A DNA stretch of 64,000 nucleotides, from assembly GCA_015680685.1 (NCBI GenBank), contig MNCI01000668.1:382231-446230 (forward strand), read 5' to 3'. This document shows, one piece after another, positions 12,421 through 25,042 of this stretch; position 1 is the stretch's first letter, and every line of letters starts with the position of its first letter. The DNA is from Gnetum montanum (Eukaryota; Plantae; Gnetophyta). A program made the translations under genes and the position numbers. The notes beneath the pieces were generated by a model. That model did no database searches. It was given only the letters and a program-made list of their open reading frames with translations, and was not told the DNA's origin.

Positions 12421-12560
12421 AAGCTCTGTGATGCGGCTTTGTAGTGGAGGCCCGTTTATGGGTGGTTCTATTTTGGGGGATGATTGATTAGCTGTGCGCT
12501 GTGGCTCAGCAGATGGCTATTCTTGAGCTCACGCTGCTTCTGGCGCCTGATTTAGATGAG
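12421..12560 (-). promoter_or_regulatory. Proximal promoter blocks conserved with AGP paralog, incl. SNBE-like NAC site (12518-12536)
   Basis: Shared blocks TGATGCGGCTTT(T)GTAG, GGGTGGTTCTATTTTGGG, CAGATGGCTATTnTTGAGCTCACG, TGGCGCCTG with 30553-30720; TATTCTTGAGCTCACGCTG fits WNNYBTNNNNNNNAMGNHW except the last base. Confidence 0.65.
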
Positions 12561-12769
12561 CAACAGCCGAGAGTGCTGCTGTGAGAGAATCGCTTGGGGG
12601 GCTTGGCCTGAATTAGTTCGTGAGCCAACTTTGGGAGCCAATATCGTACGTCCTTGTCTTTTTGCGGAAATGGAATTTAGAGAAGCATTCACTCGACGAA
12701 GTTGCTCAATTGCTTCTCTCCCTCATTTCCTGCCTCGGCACATGTTGGGTGATACAGTAATATTATTAT

Positions 12770-12965
12770 AAAGGAATAACGTCCAGGAGTAACACTCTTG
12801 CTCTAAGTCATGGGTTCATGGGTTCAATGTTGGATAGTAATATTCAGCTATAAAGTTTTAATTGGACTATATATCTTTGGGTATATCTATATTACAATTA
12901 TTTCAGTATCTAACACTCCTATATCTTAGAATATACTTATATTATAATTATTTCAGGTTCCAACA
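12770..12965 (+). mobile_element. tRNA-derived SINE copy in the AGP upstream region
   Basis: GGGTTCAAT B-box-like motif, then body TATAAAGTTTTAATTGGACTATATATCTT...TATATTACAATTATTTCAG matching 48845-48905. Confidence 0.65.
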
Positions 12966-13400
12966 AGAAATATAAAATTATAAAAACCTTTAACCTAACA
13001 AGATGAGTTAACTAGAGCTATTATAATGATTACCTCATGACCCCCACACATAATGTATATGATCAAAGTGTTTGATCAGTATAATAGAACAAAGATTTGT
13101 ATCCACATACTTTTTTATTGTTAATTTTGGTTGAAAAAGGGATTTGTGTCTACATGTTGACAAGTATATTTTGTCCACCTTTTATTATTAATTTTAACTT
13201 CAAGGCTCAAGAAACATGGACAAAAATTTAGCTCAACATTTAGTATGCTCACTTTGGTGTTCACTCTAAACATGCACCATTTCCATAGATATAGTATTTC
13301 TATGCATTAATGCACACTTTCTAATAGAAAGAAAAAATCCTGCGTATCATGTGTAGGGGTCCTTAGTCTTCAACAAGAATTATTATTATGTAGACAAAAG

Positions 13401-13532
13401 TGTAACACCCTGCCCTAGCTAGGGTAGGCTAATGCCTAGGATCAAGTGATCATTAAAAACCAATAATGTGTAGAATATAGGATATTAAGGAAGGTCAAAT
13501 GGTACAAAAATTTCCTACCACACCAAAAACTA
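13401..13532 (-). repeat. Terminal stub of the 3' LTR of the chromovirus element
   Basis: High similarity to 25043-25192 ending at ...CAAAAACTA. Confidence 0.85.
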
Positions 13533-15398
13533 TGCTCAACCCTAGTTGAGAGCATAGTTAGCCTCTTGTGGAGAGTGTAGTCTACAAAAAATCCATTTTC
13601 TGCACAGATTTCACTAGTAATGAGACTATGCTATCCCCTAGTGTAGAGCATAGTTACCTTTTAGAAGAGTGTAGTCAGCAAGGACAATCTCTAGTGGCCT
13701 CCACAACACAACAACGATGCTTAACTCAACTCTAGAATGCAATCAACTCATCTTTGACAAGCATAGTCAGAAAAATGCTTCTTTTTTGTATCCCCTTTAC
13801 CCTGAAATTGTAACTATGCTTGACCCCACATAAGAGTGTGGAGAGTGTAGTCCCATAGAGCATATTCTCTTAGTGTCATTTTTCAGGTACCTTGCGGTTC
13901 TCTCGATGCACACATATGTAGTTGGTGGCATAGTCATAGTCCTATAGAGTCCTATAGAGTCTAGCAGAGCATAGCAAAGTGCAACACCATTGACACCATT
14001 AGCCCCATCAGCACATCACATGAATAGTAACTACGCTACGCATAGTCCCAACCATCCCATTAGCCATGTGGTAGCCATCCTGCATTTATTGCTAACCCTA
14101 ACCCTATAAATACCTGCATCTTCAATGCAGTGAGAGTTGGACCTTGTATATGATCAGGGGCATATTAGTGAACCAGAAAAGAGGTGAAGTTGCAAACCAC
14201 TGTTGGCCCCCTACAGCCTAGCAAAACACCACGCCTAGTGGTACACTATGGTGGCCAACTCTATAGAAGCAAACGCCTCAGCAGAACATCAGTCTTCATG
14301 GCTTGATAGCCCAAGGACTATGACTATGTTGTCCACCTACATTTGTTGTACATTGCGTACCTTCTAAACCCCCTTTTGGTGTTAACTATGCTCAACCCCA
14401 TTTTGGGTCATATTCTGCTCCATTTTCTCTATTTCTTTGCATTTTCCACATTTTATTTGCATTTTCACCATTTTTACTATTTAGACATGCTTGAACTACA
14501 CTCAGGTGATGATCCTTGTGCATTGACACTGTTCGCCTCACTGAAATTCTTGACTATGCTCACCCCCTCAAGCACCTATACCTAAGCTTGACCCCATTGA
14601 CACCACAAACATTATCTGCACCCTTAGCACCATCTCACATTAACATTGTAGCTAACCATGTTGCATCCCCATTGCATCTAGTAAGTCCCTGTTCGATTAG
14701 CTAGACCATTCAAGGCACCCTACCTTCACCTCCAGCAAGCCCTTACATGGATTTGAGGTTAGGTTGTGTGCTTGTGGACCTTGATGTTCTAGCTGTCGAC
14801 ATTTTTGATCGTTACAGTTTTCTGGTGCTAGAAGGAGGGCTGAACCACTTTTTCAAACTTCGTTGTGGTTGTCTCGCATGCTCTATGCATCACAGTTGCT
14901 AGCTTTGGGCTAGCATAGACCATAATACCCTTGTGGACCTACTACATGCATAGCAGTAGTTGGATCTTAGGCCAACATAGGCATTGTCTACTAACCTATC
15001 GGTGTAGATTAGACCCCATAGTCGGTCCTCACAAGACCCCGCATAACAACCCATATCACACTCATTCCCACTTCCTATTAAAAACCCATCATTTTTAGCT
15101 ACAACATAGTCATCTCTAGCATAGCTAGTGTAGTCCACTTTCCAATGTGAAGAGCATAGTTTGCATAGTCCACTCTTTGGTATGAAGAGCGTAGATAGTG
15201 TAGTCAATGGGGTTAGTGTGGATGGGGTTAGTTTTAGCATGGTCCATAGTGTTTCACAACTAGCAACCCTTGTAGTCCCCTCTTGCAACTTGATATGTGA
15301 CCATGAACCCATATGAACCTCTAGTGTCAATCTCAAATGCACTCAATTTCTTGCCCACCCAACAGGAGACCAAGATTGACACCCCTGGGAGTCTCATA

Positions 15399-18100
15399 AT
15401 GGCAAGACAAAGGCAATCCCTTAGGTTATGTGGTCAATATCTAGAATACATTGTGCTAAGTAATGAGTAGTACAACTTCATATGCACAAAGATTCAAGTA
15501 GGGTTATCTCTAGACCGTTTTAACATGGAGGCAAAATGAAACTACGATTTGATCCATTAGGATGGAAAAGAATATATCCTCTCCTCATTTGATATCATCC
15601 CACTCATGGAGCCCTACCATTAGCTATTAGCCTAGCTCATTCGAGTAGCCAAGCGTGACGTAGGAATGGACTATAAGGAAGCCCTATAGGAGGAATAGGA
15701 TGAGCTCGAAGCTTGCTTTGAGCATGAGGCCTCTTTCCACACTGTCTTGCAATGAGTGATTCCTAGTCTAACTTCTCCTTAGCCTCGTTCACCAATTCTT
15801 CTCAATACAGTCATAGCAACAGCATCACCTTCCCACTCTGCTAGGCATAGGTCAATGCCTTTAATAGCAACACACTAGACACAATGCATACATTATGATG
15901 TAGTAGCTTTCCTTAACTTGCCCTTTGTGGTATCATCGAAACCTACTCAACTACCTTTGCCTGTAGTAACCATATCAACTCAACTACATGTCCACATAGG
16001 GCCTGTTCCTAGGCTTCAAATGACTCAGGCATCCTACATCCTACTTATTTTATTAGTTCCCCCAATGTCAGCCCAACCCACACATGCGTTGCTTGCCCCA
16101 TCACTGTCCCTATAGCATAGCCAATGCATTGAGTGCATTGTGCAATTTTGCAACCTAAAACCATGCCATGGACTAGACAGCTAGTCCAACAGTATATAAC
16201 ATAGTTAACATGGCTAGCTAGAGCATCTCAAAGCTTAAACTAAGCATTTTAGATGATCCAGAGCTTGATAGAAGAGCTAAAGTGCCTCAAAGTAGCCTCC
16301 TCCAAAACTATTAAAGTGGTGGAATTCTACCAAGACAATCTTATAAGTACTACAAGCTACTAAGAAATCTTGCTTCAGCAACACCGAATGAGCCCCTAGT
16401 CCTAAGACATTTTAGGCTAGACTGATTTTGCCATTACCACTAGTTGCCCGACCATAGCATAGACTTTTGCCTAGCCTTGCAAGACAACTTGCAAAGGATG
16501 ATTGATAGAGGTGAGCTAGTGCTTGATAGTACAAACCTAATTAGGCCTTAGAACCAACCCATGAGGGTGTACAATGACCCTCTAAATGTAGATGATGTTG
16601 GCTATGTCACAAATGCTATCAGTGTTCATGATGATCTTGAACTGGCATAATAGCAATTCATGGATTGGGTATCCTCTGGTAGTGCAAGGATCCCCTCAAC
16701 CCCCATAGGTTCAAGGAATCCTTTCATTATTAGAGTGCCACCTAAAGCACCCACAACACCCTTCATAATTAGGGTCCCTCCACAAGTTGCATCAACAACA
16801 ACCATTCAGTCACCCTTCATCATTAAACTGCCATGGCATGCTAGCCCCTCACCCGTCCAAAGCCTAGTAGCAGCCAATGCATCACCCCCTTCCTTTCCAA
16901 GGGACAACCTCACTGGTAACATGAGTAGGCCTCCAACCTAGCAACATAGAAGACCCAACGAGTCTCTTGGAGATGAAATGAGTAGGCAACATCAAGAGCA
17001 AAGAGCACTGGGTCTACCAAAACTTGTTCCCATATTTGTAGTTCCTATGGCCAAAACAGATGAAGAGGCCACAATGAGAAAATTGCAAGGGAGCACTGGG
17101 ACCCCTAAGCAAGCCAAGTAAACAAAACCTAAGTCGCCTCCATGAGAAATCTATCTCTTAAGCTACATGAAAGAAGTCAAGGCCAACAAAAGCATGACTA
17201 ATGGTAAGGACTTTGTGGATTCCTTAGCCCAAGTTAAATAAGTGCTTAAACAAAAAAATACAACATTGAGCTTTTACAACTTGATCATGACCTCATCTAC
17301 CCATCACGAAGCACTAGTGTAGATGTTGACCTCCATCCCTATTATGGAGGACATCCTTGCAGATGAGACCTTCATCCATGCAGTGATGCTACCCCTTGCA
17401 TCGCAAGAATTAAGTTCCACGTACCTAACATTTTATGATGAATCAATCAAGGTTAATCCTAAGGGGCAAGGTTATAATAGCTCCTATGTTTATTAATATA
17501 TGCATTGGGAATGCAATATTTGTAGAATGCACATCGATGATGGAGCAATAACAAACATAATACCATACACTTTTGTGAATAAGCTAGGCCTCACAGATCA
17601 AATTAGGCCAACAAAAATCACATGCTTGAATCCTTCAATGGATCATGCATCATTGTCAGGGGCACTATTACTATAGCTTTTGTAGCAGGGAAGCAATTCC
17701 CCACCACTATCGAGTTCATAGTCGTAGAAGAGATGCCCGACTTCAACTTGATATTGGGTAGACCTTGGCTGGTCCAATTACAAGCTATCTCATCTCTAAT
17801 TCAACAAGAGATCCACCTCCCATAAGAAGGTGGTAAAGTTATCATCCATGGTGATAAAGTTGCTCCATTAGTCATTAATAACGTAGACATGGAGCAAGGA
17901 TCAGAGGTTGAGTTTCCTGATGATGCATCCATGGCAAAGAATGAAATGCATGAAGCAAATACAACTGAAAGAGTAGTAGAAGCCAGTAACCTCCTAGAGG
18001 ATTCCCTTTGGGTAGAGTTTCCCTTTGACGTAACAAGCAAAGGTCAAAGGGATTACTAAGTAGTGTAATCCAGATCCTACGCACCTCCTAAGCCACACCA
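15399..18100 (+). pseudogene. gag-protease relic of the nested Tat element
   Basis: MARQRQSLRL start; ELKCLKVASSKTIKVVEFYQDN (~16275-16340); decayed knuckle HYH*LPDHSIDFC (~16430); aspartic protease RMHIDDGAITNII (~17525) and DFNLILGRPWL (~17740). Confidence 0.8.
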
Positions 18101-18457
18101 AGTTAGGAAGTAATTGCATGACTGAGGTATCCCCTTATTCTAAAATGCACTAGGTGTTTACCTGCTATTTGCTTTTGTGCACCTTGTATTTTACTTTTTG
18201 CTTATGTTGCATTTGTTTTGCATTAGATTAGCATTGTAGTATGTTATTTGCTTTTAGCTTGATTGCTTAGATTATGCACTAGTTTGCTTATTTTATGCAT
18301 TTACCTACTTTTTTATGCATTCATTTGCTTTGTCTATGCTTTTTCTTGCTTAGTTTACACTTCCACAGTTACTACTTTAATGCATGAAAAACATCAAACA
18401 CACATAAAAATCATAAAAGAAAAAAAAATTTGCAAAAGAAAAGAGAGATAGCAACCA

Positions 18458-19275
18458 TTGGCCTAGAATATCCTTTACTAAATTCCATCACTTGTGGCCT
18501 GGAATGGTCTAAAACTATCGCTATGATCTAGAATGGCCTAAAACTATCACTTTTAGTTCCATCACCAATGGCCCAAAATGGCTTTAAACTATCACCAATA
18601 TGTGGCCAAAAATGGCCTAAAACTATCACTTTTATTACATCACGGTGGCCTGAAATGGCCTAAAACTATCACTTTTAATTCCATCGCTATGGCCCAGAAT
18701 GACCTAAAACTATCACTTTTAATTCTATCATAGTGGCCTGAAATGGCCTAAAACTATCACTTTTAATTCCATTACTGTAGCCTAGAATGGCCTAAAACTA
18801 TCACCTTTAAACCCCTTGCTATAGCCCAGAATGGCCTTAAACTATCACCAATATGCAACACGGAATGGCCTTAAACTATCGCCAATATGTAGCCCAAAAT
18901 GGCCTTAAACTATCGCCAATATGTGGCTTGGAATGGCCTTAAACTATCACAAATATGTGGCCTAGAATGACCTTAAACTATTGCTAATATGTGGCCCGAA
19001 ATGACCTAAAAATATCACCTTGGCCCACTATGGCCTTAAACTAGCAACGCATGGCCTAAAATGGCCAAAAACTAGCAATGTCCCGCTATGGCCTTAAATT
19101 GGCAATGCATGGCCCGAAATGGCCTTAAACTAGCATCGGCCCTCTCATTATGGCTTTTAAATTGGCATGAGGCCCATCAAGGCTTTAAACTGACATGGCT
19201 TGTAATGCCCTAGACTCGCTACAGCTTGTAATGACCCAAACTCACTATAGCTCGCAATGGCCCAGTATTACTATC
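18458..19275 (+). repeat. Tandem array of core TGGCCYRGAATGGCCTWAAACTATCRC with 44-, 34- and ~25-30-bp unit variants (>20 units)
   Basis: Read directly, e.g. 44-bp spacing 18656/18700 and 34-bp spacing 18865/18899. Confidence 0.9.
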
Positions 19276-19541
19276 ATTTCATAAATCTAGGCTAGCGTAA
19301 CACATATTTATCACATTAATTCATCACTTAGGCATGTTAGCATAGGTTAAATTGTAAGCATAATCATAGAAAAATGTGATAAAATTATCATATATCCCTA
19401 AAGATTGCACATTACGCTCAATAAATAGTCATACATAATAGAGCATGAATAGAAATACATTGTTGTAACATAGCATAAGTAGCATTACATAGAAAAATAT
19501 AGCAAAAAAAATCCTTGTGTGGGAGGTACATATGATCATGC

Positions 19542-22323
19542 TCAACTGGTAGCACTAGGTGGAGGTGGAGGTTCTGCTTCCTCTACCAAGTCGTTGGGGC
19601 CTTCAGCATCATCTTGTACTTGCCACAATTTAAAAAAATATATATGCAATTAATAAGCAATATGTTACATGTAACAACCTAATTCAAAAATACAAAAAGC
19701 ATAAAAAAGTATAAACTAACATAGCAAAAAACTAACTCAAGAGTGTCCCGCATCAATGAGCTCTAGAGGTAACTTTCCAAGGCTAGCCTCTAAGTGATGG
19801 AGGATCTCAACTTCAAAAAGTCTCATCTAGTCTTCTTGGTCAATGTCAATATCTACAAAGGTCTTACCTTTGTCCATGGTGGTCTATGTAGGTGGCACCA
19901 TGGAAAATGTAGTAGAAGAGGCCTCTCTAGAGGGGGTGAAAATCTACCTCATGGGAGAGTCACTCATGACTTTACGCTATGTGAACATGTCATACACCTA
20001 CTTTCCATCAGTTGCCTCAAGAAACATCTTGAGGCAATGGTGTTTAGTACACTCCAGCTTGTACCAATGCAAGTACATGTCACACTCCTACTTATATTGA
20101 TGCTTGTGATTTTTTTGTGTGTACCCCCACCTATAAACCTTTGTGCTATAATTCTTCTAGTCCTTGTTCTTCTGAACAAACAAGTTCATCTAGAGTTGTT
20201 TCTCTACTAGCTCCCATGTTGCCTTATTGTTGCCTCTAAGTGTGCTCTAATATTGAGCATACTCAATCTCAGAGGTGCACCAAGTACTATCTCTTTACGA
20301 TCTAGCCATGATAAAGTTATATCTGGATTAAAGATCCTTAATCTTCTCATCTTGGCTAACCACCTTCTCCTGCAATTCATGCACGCATTTCCATAGGAGC
20401 TTATTCAAGCACCTACAAACCCATAATGACTTGGCATAGAAAAGTGTGCACTTGTTAGATGTCTTGTACATATTATGAGGCACTTGATCAACCTCAAGGG
20501 GAAGATTAGGAAAAGCATCTAGCTTCATTACCTTGCTAGGATCCCATCGCAGCTTGCTTGGGACTTATAGGCATACAACAACCGAGCAACCTTAGCTGAA
20601 AACTAGGGATTTAAGCACTAAGAAAGATAGCATAAAGCATGATAGCACTACACACATACCTAGCTTTGGATCTACTTGTTGCAAGTGGTCCACTAAGTCC
20701 TCGACAATGCCTACCATGAAACACAATTTATTCGACATGTCTACCCATGGCTCCATGCAGTAGGTTAGCATAGGACTATTGGTCAAAACACTTGATGCTA
20801 TAATACAATGATGCAATTAGCACATGGCATAATATAGCTTAAAGTACTAGAGTAAACAAGGGTAGACAAATGACAATAAAAGTAGGTTACCTAGTAAGCC
20901 CTCAGACGTGAGTGTAGGGGGCTCAACTAACTGCATAACATCAAATAACATATCAAAGTCACCCCCATTAGGGTTGAGTAACCCCTATTTTTCCAACTAT
21001 TGAAGGGACTTTGCTACCTCATGGAGTTCATCTCCATGAACTACCTTCCCCTTAGCCTTGGGGGTAGGGTGGGGGTGGGGGGGTGGGGGTGGGGGAGGGT
21101 TTGAGGGTGCGCTTCCTCTCCTATTGCTTCAACGACTACTCTCATAGCCCTCTCTTCTTTCTGTACAACTAACACAAAGCATAGTATCATTAGGTAATCA
21201 AAAAAATAGCATGAAAAACAACATAAAAAATATAATAATAATATATATGCACAAATACAATTAAATAATCTAACATCTATGCATACTAACCTACAACATC
21301 CTCACACAAATTTCATAGCTTGATGGAGATCTTCTTTCTACTTAGCTTCATGATCTCAGGGGTAGCCTCCTCTTAAGGTTGTGGCCTCTTGATCCTAACC
21401 CTTGATGGCCCCACTATCTCTACTATATATCAATCTAGCTCACATATGTCCCTGATGCCAACTGGAGGACCCTTACTTGCACTATTACATGAATAATACA
21501 AGTGCCCCACAGGAACCTTGGTCATTGCTAACAATGACTCATTGATTTCCTCATGTATGGTTGAAAACATATGTTTGACCCATGACTTGCATAGCTACTC
21601 ATGGTCTTGCACCATCCATTGTCTATCATCCTGCACAACTAGAAGCTCTGTAAGCTTTTGTAGGTATCCTATGAAGAATACGAAGTGCACATGGGACCTA
21701 GCCTGGAGGTTGAACCGTAGCCTAGACATCTTTGCATGTAGCCCGATGGCTATGTACCTAGCCCAGTTAAACCTTGTACTCTCTAGTAGCATCTCTTTCA
21801 TCACCCATGCCTATTCCACCCCTAGGATTTTTCCTTGGGAAAGTAGCTTTGGAAAGGCATGAGCATTGAATAAAGGGTAGAGCTCCTACACCTTAGGCAC
21901 TTTCATATCTTTGATTGATATGCCTTTATGAGATTGAGTGGCCTCCAACTAGTCCTTGATCTCCCCTTTGTGATCCACCTCCTTACTGGCCTTATTGATA
22001 ATCATTGAGTCATCAATGGGGATGCTAAATAGATTAGTGAAGAAGGCCTTGATGAGGTCTAGCACTATCATCACGCCATGCACCCGGGTGAAAAATTGCC
22101 TAACATCACTGCTAAAGGAGTCAATGATGGTAACTATTTCAGCCACTAAGATACCTAGGCTAAGGGCCAAGAATAGGTCCACTAGCCCAACATGCATGAG
22201 TCGAGCCATCAACACATCAGGTGCTTTATGGCATAGCCAATGTTGCGCACCCTCTGCATCCCCATATTTCATGATGTTTGTATGACTTGCGGTAGCCATT
22301 ATCACCTTGGTTGAGGTAACCAC
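19542..22323 (-). pseudogene. Antisense multi-exon accessory gene of the Tat element (plant mobile domain / transposase_32-like N-terminus, acidic/Pro-rich C-terminus), decayed
   Basis: ORFs 21949-22323 and 21595-21804 (RFNWARYIAIGL...FFIGYLQKL); AT-rich GT..AG introns at 21161-21290, 20776-20890, 20596-20659 and ~19629-19736; last exon QVQDDAEGPNDLVEEAEPPPPPSATS*. Confidence 0.6.
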
Positions 22324-22344
22324 TATTGCAACACAAAGCCGAGT

Positions 22345-24960
22345 GTAGGAGATATTAGCACTAGATTAATCACCAATCTATGTGTCAACTCTTCAAACGT
22401 AGCTTGACAAGTTAGAACCTAAGTAAAGTTAGTCTCCTTTCTTAACAATAGGGTCAAAGGGGATGTTATGTGAGAAAAATGTTTTACAAAGCTTTGGTAA
22501 TATCCTACTAACCCCAAGAAGCTTTGTACCTCCATTGTTGATTATGGCTTAGGCTAATCACAAATTATTGCAATCTTTGTAGCATCCATAGAGAGACCAG
22601 ATCTTGACACCACATGTCCTAAGAACTGAATCTTTAATTGCCAAAATGAACACTTGGATGGTTAAGCATATAGTTGGTACTTCCTCAAAGTCTATAAAAC
22701 TATTCACAAGTGCTCTACATAGAATTTCTCATCAGGAGAATATACTAAGATATCATGTATGAACAAAATCAGAAATTGATCTAGGAATGGCTACATCACA
22801 CTATTCATTAGGTGCATGAAAATTATTGGTGCATTTGTCAACCCAAAGGGTGGCACCAAAAACTCATAATGGTCATAATATGTTTTAAATGCTATCTTTG
22901 CCACATCCTATTCACGAATCCATAGTTGATGATACCTAGACTTGAGATCAATCTTTGAGAATACATGAGCTTCTCAATGTTGGTCCAACAAGTCATCAAT
23001 GGGTGACAAAGGATATTTATTTTTCACAATAACTTGGTTTAATTACCTATAATCTATGCATAATCATAAACCCCCATCCTTCTTTTTAACAAATAGCACT
23101 AGTGCATCCCATGCTGATACACTGGATCAAATAAGGTCTTTATCCAGTAATTCTTGTAGCTAAATCTTTAGCTCTACTAGCTCTATAGGAGACATCCTAT
23201 GTGAAGCCTTTGAAATAGGCTCTGTACTAAATTTAAGTTTGATCTCAAACTTAATCTCTCACCTTAGTGGAAAACTTGGTAATTTTGACTAGAATACATC
23301 AAAGAATTCCTGAACCACAGGAATTTGATCCATCTCCACCATATCTATTTTATAAATTGTAGCCACAAAGCATTCATGTGCTTTTTGAAGCATCATACGA
23401 TACATATGAGAGGAGAGAAAATTTAGGTGCATAGTCCTCAGATGAGTTTGTACCTCAATAAGAGCATCATCAATTGATTGTAATCGTAGGAACTTTTGTT
23501 GACAGTCCAAAATAGCATTAAACTGTGACAACCAATCCATCCCCAAAATGACATCATATACCCCATGATCCATACTATGTAAATCACTAACCCACTGCAC
23601 ACCTATACACACATGATCAACTCAATTTTCATGAGCCCTAGTAAAAGATACTATCAACTTAGGAGAAAGAGAATGGGTATGTGATGTGCAACTGTAGGAT
23701 CTATGAAAGAATGGCTAGCACATGGATCAAATAACATCAACACAGTAAAGCCCAAAATCGTACCATCCATTTCCATCATTGTGTTTGGCTACACATCCAA
23801 AGGTTGGTCTATTAAGGCATACATCCATCCTCAAGTCCTCTGGTCTGCACCTCTGGGCTAAGTGATTGGTGCTCCACATCCACCTTGAACTAGAGGTCAC
23901 TATCCTTAACCTTTGCCTCCTCAACTACTACTTGCCTACTTTGGACACTCTTAAGCTAAATTCCCTAGTTGCCCACATGCAAAATAATTCTAGCAATCCC
24001 TCTGCAAATGACTAGGCTACCCACATCTAGAACAAACAATAGTGTCATGACTAGCTCCACTAATAGGACCACTAGCAGGTGTTGGGCACTCTCCTTCATG
24101 GTCATGAGCTTGCTTAGAGGGGCCAAGCCTCTCTCTAGATATTGGTCCTCTCTTTTGCCCCTATCGCCTTTCTCTACGCACTATATCTTCTTGTTGAATC
24201 CTTTTTAAATCCATGGCTACTGCTCTAGCTTCATCATAGGAAGTCAATCTAATAGGTAATAGGTAATCCTTCAAAGATGATCTCAAACCTTGAACAAACT
24301 TGTTTGCCCATGCTCGAGCATCTGTCTGCATCTAGGGTACATAACTACTCAACTTAGAGAAATGAACATCATACTCCACCACACATCAACTACCTTAATA
24401 CAAATGGTAGAACTTGTTCTCCTTATCTTGTGCATATTTGGTAGACACATAATGACCTTTGAGAGATGTTAGAAAATCATCCCATGCCACCTCTTGAATA
24501 GTCCTTCCCTTGGCCTGCTCTTCAGTCATCCACCAACACTAGGCAGTACCAACCAATTGACAAATGGCCAAGCGAGTTTGCTGAATTGATGAACAACCCA
24601 AAAAATCAAAAGCCTTTTGCAATTCCTCCAACCATTCTGTAGCTATAGTGGGATCCTTAGTTCCATCAAATTTAGGAGGTTCCAACTTCCAAAATTGTTC
24701 TACTAGTTCCCTATTGATAGGTTACCTATTTGATTTTCCTGAACCTCCACTACCACCACCACTTCCCACTTCCCTAATCATGGGAATGGGAGCATCACTA
24801 GCTGCAACATGCTGCTATAGGATCTCTAACAATTGCTGTATAAGCTCTGGTTTCCTATTTTCAGGACCACTACTAGATGTTTGAGGAGGCCACTCCTATC
24901 CATCATTAGGTCCTTCTAGTCTATGGGCCCCACCAGCATCATGACCATGCCTACTATACA
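22345..24960 (-). pseudogene. Chromovirus gag-protease-reverse transcriptase relic, truncated in the RT-RNaseH connection
   Basis: gag FWKLEPPKFDGTKDP..EWLEELQKAFDFLGC; knuckle CSRCG*PSHLQRDC; protease LFDPCASHSFI and DVILGMDWL; RT LCIDYR*LN..IVKNKYPL..IDDLLDQ, FSKIDLKSRYHQL, FIHDILVYS; ends at LTHRLVINLVLISP. Confidence 0.9.
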
Positions 24961-25028
24961 TTTCTATAACTTGAAATCACACAAATGGATGAGTACCCCC
25001 ACCATCATAGAACATCAAAGTAAACTAT

Positions 25029-25039
25029 CTTTGATACCA
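25029..25039 (-). other. tRNA-iMet primer-binding site
   Basis: TGGTATCAAAG, 3 nt from the 5' LTR end. Confidence 0.85.
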
Positions 25040-25042
25040 TAA

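Larger units (their letters stand above)
13533..22344 (+). mobile_element. Nested Tat-type gypsy fragment (partial 5' LTR to 14816, PBS, gag-protease, tandem array, antisense accessory gene); no RT/RH/INT and no 3' LTR seen
   Basis: TATA CCTATAAATA ~14103; LTR end ...CGTTACA 14816; PBS 14823-14839; LTR segment 14704-14776 and gag peptides match the element at 1-3140. Confidence 0.8.

Noticed and set aside
11646-12431. Overlapping Arg-rich and Gly-rich ORFs on both strands at the first AGP
   Set aside because: Shadow frames of a GC-rich Pro/Ala/Ser CDS; only the AGP frame has a signal peptide, GPI signal and paralog conservation.
18458-19275. CRISPR-like repeat/spacer appearance
   Set aside because: Linkers are short and themselves repeated, there are no cas genes, and the context is a plant retrotransposon.
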